DNA of 58,260 nt, the filler included, from Porpidia crustulata (taxonomy: Eukaryota), in the NCBI GenBank assembly GCA_964255105.1. It is 2 parts of 2 records of this genome, joined end to end, with 100 filler letters (N's around TTAATTAATTAA, not from the genome) between each part and the next. Parts side by side here need not be neighbours in the genome. Positions count along the whole stretch, not along the records: positions 29,371 to 58,260 come from CAXUWE010000028.1; 1 more part is not named here. One strand, given 5' to 3'. Positions 39,894 through 52,700 of the stretch are shown piece after piece. The stretch's first letter is position 1; every line of letters begins with the position of its first letter. The position numbers and the translations under genes were made by a program. The notes below the pieces were generated by a model that made no database searches, was not told where the DNA came from, and saw only the letters and a list, made by a program, of their open reading frames with translations.

Positions 39894-40769
39894 AATGCAG
39901 ACCACGAGCACAGCGGTGTGATTCACTTGCTAGGCACTTATTTATCTGCCTACCTGCCTACCTAAAGTACTTATTTATCTACTACTTACTCCTCGATTCC
40001 CTTGCCGTAATCAGGTGAAGGAAGGCAATTGATGCAGATATATTATTATTAGAGTAGTGGATCGTGACATAAAGCCAGCGCCCCCTCCATCCTTCCAGCC
40101 TTGACACCTCATCCATGACTCTGTCCTGGACAAAATTCGGAATCTTTGCTATCATCAGTTGCGCGTCTCTATTCCTTGCCAACACATACAACGAACCTAG
40201 TTCCAACTGGCCTCTCCGGTTCTAGCAGCTGCAACTGACTTCGGGTACCTGAAGTTAGCTTCCCTTACCCACAGGTCAACATTCGGGTGCAATTCTTGAA
40301 ACCGCGGCGACAAATAGCGAGCCAACAGAACCTGTGAGATTCCCAACCCGCCGATAACTTGCCCCGAAGCCCTTCGTACCTGCTCTTGTCGGCTACAGGT
40401 TCCACATAGATTCCCTTGTCTGTCTGACCGTGGGAACGCCCTCACCTGCCGTTGGACTAGAGTCACATCCGCTTGAGAATTCCTCCCTTCCTCAATCATT
40501 TACCACGAGAACTGAGAACCAGGACCGTCCTAAAAGCGTTGTGTACAAGCAAGCGAAAGTTCTGGCGCGGGATCTCGGAGAATGTGCTCGATTCCAGCCA
40601 GCTCCGATATCTCGTGCTAATAACACATGTTGTCTTTGAGGTCTTGAGGAAATACAAGTCAATTTAGCACTTAATATACTGAGCACGAGAACCACCTCTT
40701 GCCTTCTTGTACGCCAGCGTTGTCCGGTTTGTGGGACACTAAATCCACAACAGCTTTTCATACCTCAAG

Positions 40770-41684
40770 ATGCACAAACCAGCAGTAGCTCCACTCGTCT
40801 TCTCGAGGCTCTTTCCGAATCCTAAGGCAAGCGACCCCACTAGCTTCCAAGCCCACGTTACTCGCAACCTGATACCGGAAGTCCGTTCCGAGACTGTTTG
40901 CTTCTATGGACCCATTGATTGCCTCGAAGCTCAATATCCTGGTTTAGATTACAATACGACTGCTCACCGAACTCGACTTGGTCGTTTTCCTTGGCATCGG
41001 AGACTCTTCCGCGCTTTCGATGAGTTGAGATTGACTGACTATGAAATTCAAATACTCTGCAAGTGGGAAGGCACTCGATGGGCGCGGGAGAGGTACGAGA
41101 AAGATGAGCGTGTCAAGATCCGAGACACTACTTGGGATGATGTGGAATCGGCTGTGCACACGCGACCAACAGCTACGAAGACAAATCTGCGGGATGGGCA
41201 TGAATCTATAGTGGAGCATAACGAAATGAGCGAAATGGACGAGGCATCCGAAGACGAGGACGAGGAGATGGAAGATTCCGAAGACGGGGGAGAAACCGTC
41301 GAGGAAGAGAGCGATGACGAGCTGCAGCAAAGCGTTGGTGTAGATCTCCATCAGAGACTTATCGCCGGGGCAGAAGCAAGAGCTCGAGGTGAAGAAGCCA
41401 TCCTGGACGCTGATTGGGAGCAGTGGCTCAAGGAAGCCGCTGAGCGAGGAGCGATGCCAGAGGCTTCGTATTTACTACGAGGTTCTAGCGAAGCACAAGA
41501 AGTCTCCGGGCAACCAGGACCTTACGGACAATTGATCCCCGAGATATTTCGCAACAACGTACGACCTCGTATCGCGGCTTTGGCAGCTCGATTACCACCA
41601 CCGCCACCGTTTGTGCCTCTTGCTCAACCCAACGCCATCCTTGGTTCAGCTCCGTCAGCTCCGTCTGCTGAGCCTACGATATAG
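40770..41684 (+). CDS. Hypothetical protein (304 aa, single ORF)
   Basis: Globular-looking N-terminus (EAQYPGLDY, FPWHRRLFRAFDELRLT, WEGTRWARERY), acidic stretch and WEQWLKEA motif. Confidence 0.8.
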   Translation: MHKPAVAPLVFSRLFPNPKASDPTSFQAHVTRNLIPEVRSETVCFYGPIDCLEAQYPGLDYNTTAHRTRLGRFPWHRRLFRAFDELRLTDYEIQILCKWEGTRWARERYEKDERVKIRDTTWDDVESAVHTRPTATKTNLRDGHESIVEHNEMSEMDEASEDEDEEMEDSEDGGETVEEESDDELQQSVGVDLHQRLIAGAEARARGEEAILDADWEQWLKEAAERGAMPEASYLLRGSSEAQEVSGQPGPYGQLIPEIFRNNVRPRIAALAARLPPPPPFVPLAQPNAILGSAPSAPSAEPTI

Positions 41685-42199
41685 GGTCATACCTGTATCA
41701 GTTCTTTTGGGTTGACAGTGCATCTCATCCAATCACATTCCTGGCATTGATACTCTGTTCATTCCCGAATTTATTCATAGATCTTTCGCCTCGCTTTCAT
41801 CTTCCGTGGGTTCTTGTTCTCAGAATGTTGGATCTCTATCCTCCAAGACTGGCTTCAAGGCGGAGCGGCGTTGGTGCTTAGGAACCACTTGATAGTCAAC
41901 AGGGGCACGAACTCAGGGTCGTGCCGTTGTGAAAACGTTGTGCCATAGCGGCAGTGATCTTCGCTAATGGGATCGTCTCCCGTTCTTTGGCTTTGCACGC
42001 TCTCATCAGTTATGAGCTTACTCAATTCTAGATATTCCCATGACGTTTCTTATTACTAGAGCGCATTGCGCGCAATCAAGGATGAGACCCTGTTTCACGT
42101 TGCATTCTTGAAATACGATCAGAGGACCTGTAAACGTGTTCTATGAATACCTTGCTGACTCTTCTGTTCAACAAGATTTCACACACGTCATCTCGCACG

Positions 42200-43473
42200 T
42201 CACCCAAACCTCCCTCCCACCTCCTTACAGAAATCCCCAAACGTCACCTCCCTCCCCGCCCTCACGTCCACTACCTCCCCCAAATTCGGCTGTGTGAACA
42301 CAGCTAGAGTATTTCTTGCCACTCTTCCCCCACCCAAATCACCAGTAAACCCTCCGATTCGTACAAAATGGGGCACGGCCCTAAATTTCCCCCCGGTAAT
42401 CAATTGCAATGCCTCACCTGTTTGGAAAGCGAGACAGGAGGGAGGGATGGAAACTTTCGTCACGTCATTGGTGCGGGACCGTATGTAGAGGCCTGTTGTC
42501 GCTGAAGGAGGGTTCGGTAGGTACGGGAGTGACGGAAGGTGTGCAGAGCGACTATGGGCGAACGGATTATCAGTATGATGGGGTTGCTGTTGGGATTCAT
42601 CGATGTAGAGGGCGGAGGTAAGGCCTGTGAGACAGCCATGGTCAATGTGGGCTGCACACCAGGAATCGTCTGATTCTTCTTCGGGGACGTGCGCATTTAC
42701 AGTCGGATTCTGGACGGAGCTGGTAGGATTAGGTGGGAAATAATGAAGCAACCGTGCTTTGGTCGTCATGCTTGTTTTCACCACATGCTCCAAGTATCCC
42801 TCCTTATACCCATCTACGTGCACTAATGCATACCTATCACATGCTTTCGCAACCACCACCGCCGTGTCAATGATTAAGGTACACAACTCCTCGAATGTTT
42901 CCCGAAAACCCGGCAAGGAGGTTTCGCTTGGCCAGATATTGGAAGCAGTGTACTCGGGGAAATTGGGAAAATTGGAGGCTGGGGCGCCCTGGAGAGTGGG
43001 GTCTTGGTAGAAGGCGCAGCTGACGTAGTAGGAGCCTTTGAGTGTGTCGTAAGCGCCGGACTTGAGGGATTCTTTGCCATGAGACCAGCCGGTCAGGTAT
43101 TTCGCAGAAGGAACCGAAAGACGATCTACAGAGTGTTTAGTATGGGATCGTTCTGGGCAGGGAATGTAGAGGGAAGCAGACGAAAATTCTCGTACTGAGT
43201 TCTTTGGGTGGCAGATTGGCAAGGTAAGTGGAATAAGAAAGGAGTTTATGGCGCAACTCGATGAATTTGTGCGGGAGGTCCTTCACGATTATGATACCGA
43301 GAGATGATGGCCCGAAAGCTTCTTCCAGTGTGCTGAATGGTACGGCTACTATACAAGTGGTTAGATGCAAAGTGTAGGGGACAAGGAATTCCCCAAAGCC
43401 GACATTCTTTAAGGTCTATGAGACTGACTGTCACAGCCTCCTGGGTATTGTTATTAAGATCGGTCTGAGCCAT
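42200..43473 (-). CDS. 2-oxoglutarate/Fe(II)-dependent oxygenase (clavaminate synthase-like fold), multi-exon
   Basis: AFGPSSLGIIIV, GWSHGKE, KARLLHYFP, WCAAHIDHG (HxD), FQTGEALQ, AVPHFV and RNTLAVFTQP motifs. Confidence 0.85.
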
Positions 43474-43781
43474 AGCAGTTGAATAAATGACGCAATCGTG
43501 TATCAATCGCGAACCCTCCTGCGCTCAGCAGTACCTCTGTGATGAGTATGGTGAAGGAATCTCGAAAGCTCGCACTCCAGATGTCAGATACCTCACGAGT
43601 TTACTCAAACAATAGTACTATTTCTACCCCGGCTCCGTTACATCCTACGTGCTTGCCACCTAGGGACGTTTGACTGCCCGGTTTGATGGATTAGGGCCAC
43701 GCTAGGCGACGGGCCGCAGCCGGGAGCTTTGATCAACTTCTTTCCTGTTAAGCTCTGATGAGCAGACTAATTGTCATTGTC

Positions 43782-44648
43782 ATGGTCAAACCACTATCAT
43801 TCAAAGGAGAGAAAAAGTCGAGAAAGCGCAAAGCTCCGAGTGGCGATCACGAACTAGTTCATAGCTCTTCTCAAACCCTTGAGCTTTCGAACCGTGCTGC
43901 GGCTACTGAGGGGGATGATAGCTGGGTCTCGGCAGAAACCTCGTCGGACATCATCGGTCCAATAATATTCGTTCTGCCGTCAGCGAAGCCAACATGTATT
44001 GCCTGTGATGCGAACGGCAAAGTTTTCATAAGCGAGCTTGAGAACCTATTCGAAGAAGACCCAACAACTGCAGAACCCCACGATGTTAGACAAGTCTGGG
44101 TTGCAAGTAGAATTGCAGGAACGCTTAAAATTAGCTTTAAGGGGTATCATGGGCGGTTCGTAGTACCCAATGTATCTTGGAGCTGCTGATTTTCTGGTGC
44201 TGATGAGTGCTATCCTTACAATAGCTATTTAAGCGTCGATAAGACTGGCATTCTCTCGGCGACCAATGAAGCCGTTTCCCCCGAAGAGACCTTTACCTGT
44301 GTAGAATCCCCTGACACGCCTGGAACTTTCAGTGTCCAGACAGGGCGTGACAATTTCCTTGCGGTTTCCGATAATAAAGTTGTTCCTGAAGTGCGCGGTG
44401 ACGCGGAGTCAATTTCATTCAATACCACCATCCGCATCCGGATGCAAGGACGTTTTAAACCAAAGTTGAAGGCCAGCAAAGAATCGAAAGCAAAGGAGAA
44501 AATAAGTCGAAAGGAATTAGAAGAGGTAGTAGGACTACGATTAGGCGACGACGAGGTAAAGAGATTGAAGAAGGCGAGAGTACAAGGCAACTACCACGAG
44601 GCTATCTTAGACGTCAGAGTCAAAGGAAAGCACGATAAATACTCTTGA
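43782..44648 (+). CDS. FRG1: FRG1-like protein; 2 exons
   Basis: MVKPLSFKGEKK, AEPHDVRQVW, SFKGYHG|YLS, EAVSPEETF, IRIRMQ and RVKGKHDKY motifs. Confidence 0.88.
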
Positions 44649-45452
44649 TTAATGAAACGCAATAAAGGTCTCAGAAGGCTAGCGAAAGGTGGGGTAAACT
44701 GAGGTTGATCTCCGTGAGAGCCATATGATACACGGTGTAGAAAGACTTGGACCAGCTCTCTTTTGGAGACATTGCTAAAATATGCATGGTCTTATGCATA
44801 CCCTGTAGAAAAGAAGTTGTTCAAGGCTCAACCTAAAGTGTCAGGCTACTTGGAGAAGAAAAATATTCCAGACCTGTCATAGTGCTATGATAACTTCTTG
44901 TCAAACTTGACCTCCAGAGGCTACTCGATTGTATACCCTTGTCACCCTAGTTGTATTATGTTTGCTCTTCTGATCGCGAAGGATGAGCACTTCGTTAGAG
45001 ATAGGTCCGCACCACTTATTCTTACTCTCGCCCCTCCTAGTATCCGAGAGTCCCAGCTTTTACTTATGTACTATTCATGGGAGTAGATTAACAATCAAAA
45101 CATAATCAGAGAGATTTATTAAAGATGCTGCACGCTGCATCTAGGAAGCTTACGATTCGTTCTGTGTCTCAAGATGATATTAGTGCTAGTATGATAACCT
45201 GCCATTTCAGTCTCTCGTGTTCATCTGATTAAGGTACCTATGACTTTCAAATGTCATGATTCTTCGTTCCGCTGATCAAGACTTGATCACAACCAATACT
45301 TAGGTTGTTTAAACAGGTATGGACTAGTTCATGTAGCGAGAAGACTTTCTACTCTTCTATGGCAACGTTGGTGGGTCTGATCCGGAAGATGGGTAAAGAC
45401 GAGTTGTACCTCCTTACCCTTGTTTATCCAGGAATTCAGATACTAGTAAAAA

Positions 45453-46887
45453 CTACCTAGTCGGACAGGCCTGAAAATTTATATCCAAAGCCAAAAGAGA
45501 TGCACGCTCAAAGTACTCGTCATATGGTTGCCCGTTTCTCTCCTCCCACCAGATTTTGTGCCGTTCCGTCGTCAGCAATGCACTCCAATACATCCGAGAA
45601 TTTGCATCCGCAATACTTATCAACAAAGCGATGTTTTTGGGACGGAGGTTGAGACATGACCTAAGCTCTGCACGTACATCCTTGAAGCAGCCAACAAGGC
45701 CGAGTCTCAGTCCCTTCTGCAACAGTACCATGGCCAATAAGTAATGGCTCCAAATGAGTACATCGTTGTTTGCGCTAATGACTTCGAGTACTCCTCGCTG
45801 GTACGGACTCAGGGAATATCTTGCTGCTTTCTCCGCCCGCTCCAATAAGTCCAGGTGAAGATAAGCAACCACCAGTGCATGGAGGCATTTTGAGATCTCA
45901 ACGTATTTAGCATAGTAGATTGATCTTCCTGTGTATGGAGCAGCGCTCGCTGTCAATCGCCTGGATAAGAAAGTGCTATTCCAGTGAGAGGTAATCAGTA
46001 AGAGTAAGGGCTTGTTCATATCTTACGGCACTACCGAAGTAGTTGTGCAGACCCAGCTGCCTAGCCCCTTCGCCTCGGAGACCTATTACTCGCTCGATCA
46101 CTGACTCAGGAGAATTGAATTGGTTGTTTACCAGATATTGCCCGAGACCGGTGGCAAGATCTGCATCAACTGCGCCGTCGAACTTCGCACGATATAAATT
46201 TCCCAGTTGTCGGAACGGTTCGAGAAGAGCAATCTGTTCAGATCTTGAGGGATGAGGCTTCCTCTGAAGTCGCACTCGCAAGTTCAAACACTTGAAACCC
46301 GCACTGGCGCTGTGAGGTTTCCCACGGTCCAGAAGCCATAATGCAGCGCAGAAGTCCTGGAGGTCCTCTGCCGCAAACCAATAACGGGTCCGTAGTTCTT
46401 GTCTGATACATCCAAATATCAAACCGATTATGATGTCGGGGTTTCTCAGCTTCTCCATCAAGCGTGTGCCACCTCTGAGCGTGATCTCGTCGTGAGAGAC
46501 GATGTACGGAAGGCCTAATATTGTGAGCTGTCTTGGGAGATCCTGACAGTTGGTAAAAACCTCGACAAAGCTGTTCTCCTCGTACCAAATATCCTTCGTC
46601 TCTTGGTAGAGTTGACGACAGCTGAGAAGAAGGCCCAGCGGAACGCCAAATGGAGCACAAAGCTTGCAGGCGATAGCGCGCGGGTTGTGTTTGGCTAACG
46701 AAGCAAATCGATAGACTTTGTTTCGAATCTCCCCCGGCAGGTCCAGGAAGCCAGTCCTACTGGGGTCCAGCTTGAGCGTCACACCTCTGACTGGCCTCCG
46801 TGGGACTCTCGTTGAAGCCTCCTCCATGACACTCAGCGTATGAAACTCGGCTTTGCCATGCGCACTGATGACGACGGTATCTTTCAT
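45453..46887 (-). CDS. Hypothetical protein with F-box-like N-terminal motif and helical C-terminus, split into two overlapping ORFs (probable frameshift near 45990)
   Basis: FLDLPGEIRNKVY and GLLLSCRQLYQE motifs. ORFs 45976-46887 and 45453-46019 overlap in different frames. Confidence 0.6.
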
Positions 46888-47791
46888 CGAAGAGCTGGTC
46901 CTGATTGGCGGCGCTCAGAAGGTTCCGTGCTCGATGGACTGGTTGTGATCTTCAAGGAAGCCAAGAATAACCAGGAAGATGTTTAGCAGGCAGATTGATT
47001 GCAGCAAAGAAAAGGTGTGGGTATTGGCAGGTCATGAATAAAAACACGATTTGTCACAAAAGAAAAAACAATGACGAGAGTGGTGCTGATTGTCCTTTTT
47101 GGATCGACACACCTGTTGCGAAGTGATGAATTCTGCCGTGCCGTAGTGTCACAGAATAATCTATTACATTTTTCATCTGGATGTCCAATAGTGTTAGCTC
47201 AATGCAAACGCATATAATTCTCTTGACTTATTGCTGCAGACGAGAGGCATAACATGATCGAGTGAACAATGTGTAGACTCAACATCTGAAAGGTTCTCAA
47301 CATGATGTTGCGAATACGGAGGCGCTGTCAAACATGGTATCATTGATGTGAAGGCATATGTGATCATGTTGTGAACACTGGGAAGTACCATCTCCTACTC
47401 GGGTTTTACTCTGAAGATGGCGTACAACTCCAGAATATTGCGGCATGTTTGCCTATCCTGGCCTTAAGCATCGTAGAAGGGATCTACTTCTTGGCACGTG
47501 CTGGTATCTAGAGATACACGACTCTTTAATCATAGAGAATGCTAAACGCCACCTTAGTGCCAAAGATGGATTTCTCTTCGAACAACTAGATGATTTTTGT
47601 AACTACTGTACGCATTACCGGAGACTCCAGAGGGTATCGTAGGCCGTGAAATGTGTACTCCAGTAGAAGTCATGCAAATGCTCCAGACGCCCTCCAGCCG
47701 GATGTGGACACTTTGGGTTCTTTCTAGATCCCGACTACAAATCCGAAGAAGCTTAAAGAATCGGATGTGTAAGTAGATCACAGCTTCACGT

Positions 47792-49358
47792 TCAACTGCC
47801 CGTGCTGACGCCTGTTTGTAACCCCGGCTGCGCTCCACCTGTGACGTGTCTCTTCTTCTCTTTCTTGGCCCATCGTACTGTGTTCTAGCATCAGTGTCTA
47901 TCGACACAGAACAGAGATTCCGATGCACTTACAACCACAAGCATTACATAATGTCTTCGGCCCATTGGGCCCTTTTCTCCATTCCGGGCTGTCCAACGTC
48001 CCACAATCAGTACATACATACTCATCCGCCACCTTCAATTTCTTTTTCTTGTCACCCCCCCTGTTCTCCTTGTCAACAGGAATTGTGATGCCAGCATCTC
48101 CCCTGATCAGTGCTGGACTAGCATCTCCAGTACTGATTCCCTGCGAGCGCTCGCCATCGCGGTAGCGAAGACCGGTAAGCATCTCGATGGTTTCGATATG
48201 TGTAGCGCCTTCATACCGAGCCATTTTGTCATTGATACTGTCGGGCTTGGAACTAGCGTTCGCTTCGTCGAGATTTTGTTGCGTGAGTGCGGTATTAGAA
48301 ACACTGGGTTTTGCTGGCGGGGGCATGCCATTATAATCGTAGGATTGCGTGGACAAGGAGTTTGAGCCCGGGGTTTCGCTTTCCGTCCGCTGAGTATCTG
48401 AGGGAGTAATACTTCCATGGCCTTCTTGTTTTTTGAGCCAGTGACGTTGCTGCGCTTCGACTTCCTCTTGTTCCTCTTTGCGAAGGTCGGCAATGCGTTT
48501 TGTAAGCCTTTCGTTTTCAATTTTGTGCTCTAGAAAGGAATCAAGAAGATTGGCATTCTTAGTTGGATATGGTCGGGCCATCATGAAGAAACCCCTACAA
48601 AAACCCGCGGCATGGTTTGGACCAAACGCAGTAGCATCCGAGGTGAGGTGCGGATGGCCGTGAGATTCAAAGATAGTATATGTATTATCTGCTTTTCGGA
48701 AGCGATAGAAGAAGCGGAGGGGGTTCCCGGAAGCAATTGATTCGTTGAACTCGCGGACGAAAATGCCGCTGTCATCAGGGTGGATGAAGTCAACGATGAA
48801 CTTGCCACTAAGTTCTTCTTGGTTATAGCCGGTAAGATGCTTGCCAGAAGGGGAGACATAGAGAATCCGACCGTCTGGAGTGAGAATGTGGAGGAAATCT
48901 TTGAGCTCCTCTAGAACTCTCTGTGACCAATTCCGTCGTTTTGTGAAATCAGTTAAAGTACTGCCTCCATTCACGTTCGTTTGAGTGCCAAAGCCTGTTG
49001 GTAATGGACCTGCACCCGCACCACTCAATGATTGATTGATCATGCCAGAGCCATCGCTAGCCTCAATTGCCTGCTGTTGTTGCTGTTGATCTAGCCGTGC
49101 TTCGGCTCCAACATAATTCTGAGGATCGTTCATGGATGTTAGGTCCAAAGTCATCGGGAGCATGTCCACGTCCAGTCCCTCCATCATATCCCCACCCTGC
49201 TCGAGCATGTCTGTCATCGATGTGTCCCCTCCGCCCATGCCACCCATCTACAATAAAATTTAGTCATAAGCGCGTGCTGGTTGGTTGAATCGATACAAAC
49301 CCACCTCAGGCCGAAGTACGGAGGACATACGATCGGGACCGTTTTCAAACATTGACAT
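47792..49358 (-). CDS. wc-2: White collar-2 (PAS plus GATA zinc finger) blue-light regulator; 3 exons
   Basis: [24 protein letters not shown] (IHPDD), [20 protein letters not shown] and [32 protein letters not shown]. Introns 49304-49248 and ~47931-47878. Confidence 0.95.
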
Positions 49359-49716
49359 TGCTAGCTCTCGGTCCTGAAGCCTTTGGACATCTGTGCTTGT
49401 GAACGAGTTGAGCAGAAACCGGGTGTTCTTAATTGATCACGTGCAAGCGCGCGAGATAAGGTAGATGTATATGCATAGCCCGGCGGTTTGGCTCTGACGC
49501 GCTGTAGATATCTCATTGCGGACATAAATGCTATCAATGCACCTTTTCTATAAAACGGAATGCCTCATCGCTCAGTATCCGTATGATTGGACACCTCTAG
49601 TACTCTATCCGAATTCATGTTCCCCGATCTTCCCATTATTCCGATAATCTTCAAGCCTCATTCCTATGCCCACGGCATAATCTCCTTAATATAATTGAGA
49701 AATCCTCGTAACAGCT

Positions 49717-52700
49717 ATGTGAGCTTCCCCTTAGTACTTGATGTCTCCGGCGTAGCGAGTTAACATTTACACAGGTGTGAGTACCCTATTTAACGAGTTG
49801 CAAATTTGTAGGCGTCTTAGCTAAACGTACCGAAGCCAAAATCGACAAACTCCAGATAAGAGGGTAGCGTTCTCTCGGTCGCAAGATCTATTTCTACGTA
49901 GCTAATATCATCCAGCATTCGGTCATTCGACGTCAATGATCCCGAGACCATACAATTCCACACTCCTTTGACGCTCATAGTAGGAATGAATGGCTCTGGG
50001 AAGACAGCAAGTCTAACGAGATGTCCAACAAGCTTTTCGATTCAGACTAACGAGCCTTAGACGATCATCGAGTGCCTCAAGTATGCTACCACTGGAGAAC
50101 TGCCCCCAAATAGCAAAGGAGGTGCTTTCATCCATGACCCGAAAGTACGAACATTACCATAACGTACCATGATATGCTGATGGCTCTCGCAGTTATGTGG
50201 CGAGAAGGAGGTCATGGCACAAGTAAAATTATCTTTCAGAGGCATGAATGGAGCTAGAATAGTTGCGACACGGAGCCTGCTACTCACCGTGAAAAAAACC
50301 ACAAGGACTCAAAAAACACTCGAAGGTCAATTACACATGAGTAAGGATGGAGAGAGAACAGCTAAATCAGCTCGAGTTGCTCAACTGGATCAACTTATAC
50401 CGCAATACCTTGGCGTTTCAACTGCTATACTAGACTCGGTCATCTTCTGTCACCAAGATGACAGCTTATGGCCCATGAGTGAACCTGGAGTTCTCAAAAA
50501 GAAGTTTGATGAAATATTTGAAGCTCTGAAGTACACGAGAGCCATCGCTAATATCAAAGATATGGTAAAGAAGCAAAAGGGCGATCTTGCACTTTACAAA
50601 GAAAGAGAGGGTCACACTAAGGAAACCAAAAACAGAGCCGAACGTGTGAGTTGCTAAGTCTGGATTTCAACATTTTTTCTGACCATAGAATAGGCAGAAA
50701 AAAGGTCTCAAGAACTCTCCCGCGATATCGAGCAGCTTCGAGGGGAAACTCAAGCTCTCAACATGGAATATAAAGAAGCGACTGCGAAGGCTATCGAGTC
50801 CTGGGAGAAGGGGAAAAAGTATGAGCATGTGGTACAATCGCTTGAGCTGAATCGGAAGAAGCAAAGCTGGCTGGAAGGCACTCTAAAAAAACAGAGCCAG
50901 AATCTTCAGAAACGCACCGAAACGGACGACTGGCTGCAGACAGAGATTGACCAGTATGAACAACGTATGGCCGTTCGTGAAGAGCATAAGCAAAGGCAAA
51001 CGAAAAACTATGAAGCTCTTAGACAAGAGATTGAGCAAGTTCGAACAGCGTTACGCAACAAACACACAGAAGTGGGCAGATATGAAGAGCAAAAGGCTGC
51101 TCATGAAAAGCAGGTGGAAAGCCGGAAAGGTTTGATTAGAGACACTGCTCGGCGTCACCATATTCATGGGTTCGAGACGGATCTGGACGATATGCACATT
51201 TCAGAATACATGGTGAAGATTTCAAAGCTTCTCAAAGATCAGAACGCTTCGGTCGATCGAGTCCGCCAAGAGACTGAAAGAGAAATGCAAAAAGTACAAG
51301 ACGTCCTTAGTGAGCTTGGCGAACGGAAATCCGTACTGAATGAGGGCAAGAACTTTGCAAGGCAGCAATCAGCAGCGAATGACAAGAAAATAGCATACTA
51401 TCACTCTGAGCTTACTACCATCGAGGTAGATGAGGGACACATAGCCTTGATGGAAGCTAACGTTGAGGATTTGGATAGCCGACTCCAATCGTCCACGACG
51501 GAGTTCAAGGCTAGCTCCTGGGATAGTAAGGTAGAGGATGGTAATGTGAAGCTACGTTCATTGGAGGACGACGTTGAACGACTAAATAAAGACTTGATTC
51601 AAGGGACGCGGCAAGCTGGTGACCTCGCTAGATTAGATCATCTCAAGAAGGATCTCAAAGATCGCAAGCGTGGCCTTGATACAATGGTCGGCGCCCATGG
51701 CGACAGGCTATCGAGAACTGTGGGATCGTCCTGGAAACCTTCTAGCCTCGAAACTGAATTCAAAAAAATTGTCGACTTGGAGACGCGCAGATTGAAGGAG
51801 GCAGAACGAGAAAGGGAGGGAGGATCTCGAGAACTTGAGCAACTTGAATTCAAACTTAACAGCAGTCGAGCAGAGCTGAAAAAGAGCGAGAACGAGCTGA
51901 ATGCTTGCGTGCAGCACATCAAAACAAGTACTCAGGGCCAACCCGAAGACTATATTAAAGACCTCCAAGGGATGCAAAAGGATCGCGATATTGTCAAGGC
52001 CGACGCTGACAATTCTTCCTTCTTAAAAGAGTGGTATAAGGAGAGTCTGAAGATTGCTGGAAGTAAGGAGATTTGCCGGTTGTGTACAAGGTCTTTTCGT
52101 GGAGAACAGGAACGACAAGCTTTTACCGTTAGGATAGAGAAACTCATTGATCGAGATCAAGAAGGTTTGCTGAAGGAGTTGAAAGACATTGAAGAAGATA
52201 TACAACGGGGAAAAGACGCAGCCCACAGCTTTGAATCATGGGTACGTTTAACAAATAAGGAGCTACCAAGATTACAGGCGGATGTCAAGCAACTGGATGA
52301 AGGCCGAGAGAAACTGCTCCGACGCATGGAAGAGCATGACCGCAGAGTCAGTGATCAAGAGGAAGTCAGAAGAGATGCAGAGACACTTAGCAAACCAGTC
52401 GCAAATATACTCAAGTATAGCCAAGAAATCTCTGAATTTGACCGGCAAATTCAGGAAATATCGTCAAAGCGACATGACACTAGCTTATCTTGTACGCTCG
52501 AGGACATTCAACAGAAACTCGAGATTCTTGGGGCCAAGACTCGGGATTCGAGGGCTAGCATAAACAAGCTTATAACGGATAAAGAACGAGCGAGATCCTT
52601 TTTGAGCACTTTGGAATTGGACTTGAGTAAGGCAAAGAACAACCTCACCACGGCTAATTACCAGCTTGAGAAGAAAGCCAATGTCTTCAGGCAGATCGAA

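Noticed and set aside
41904..41925. GGCACGA/TCGTGCC hairpin between convergent genes
   Set aside because: A 7-bp stem is expected by chance in 58 kb and has no other support.
52071..52086. RAD50 zinc hook reading CRLC rather than CPxC
   Set aside because: Still a CxxC motif; ordinary variation.
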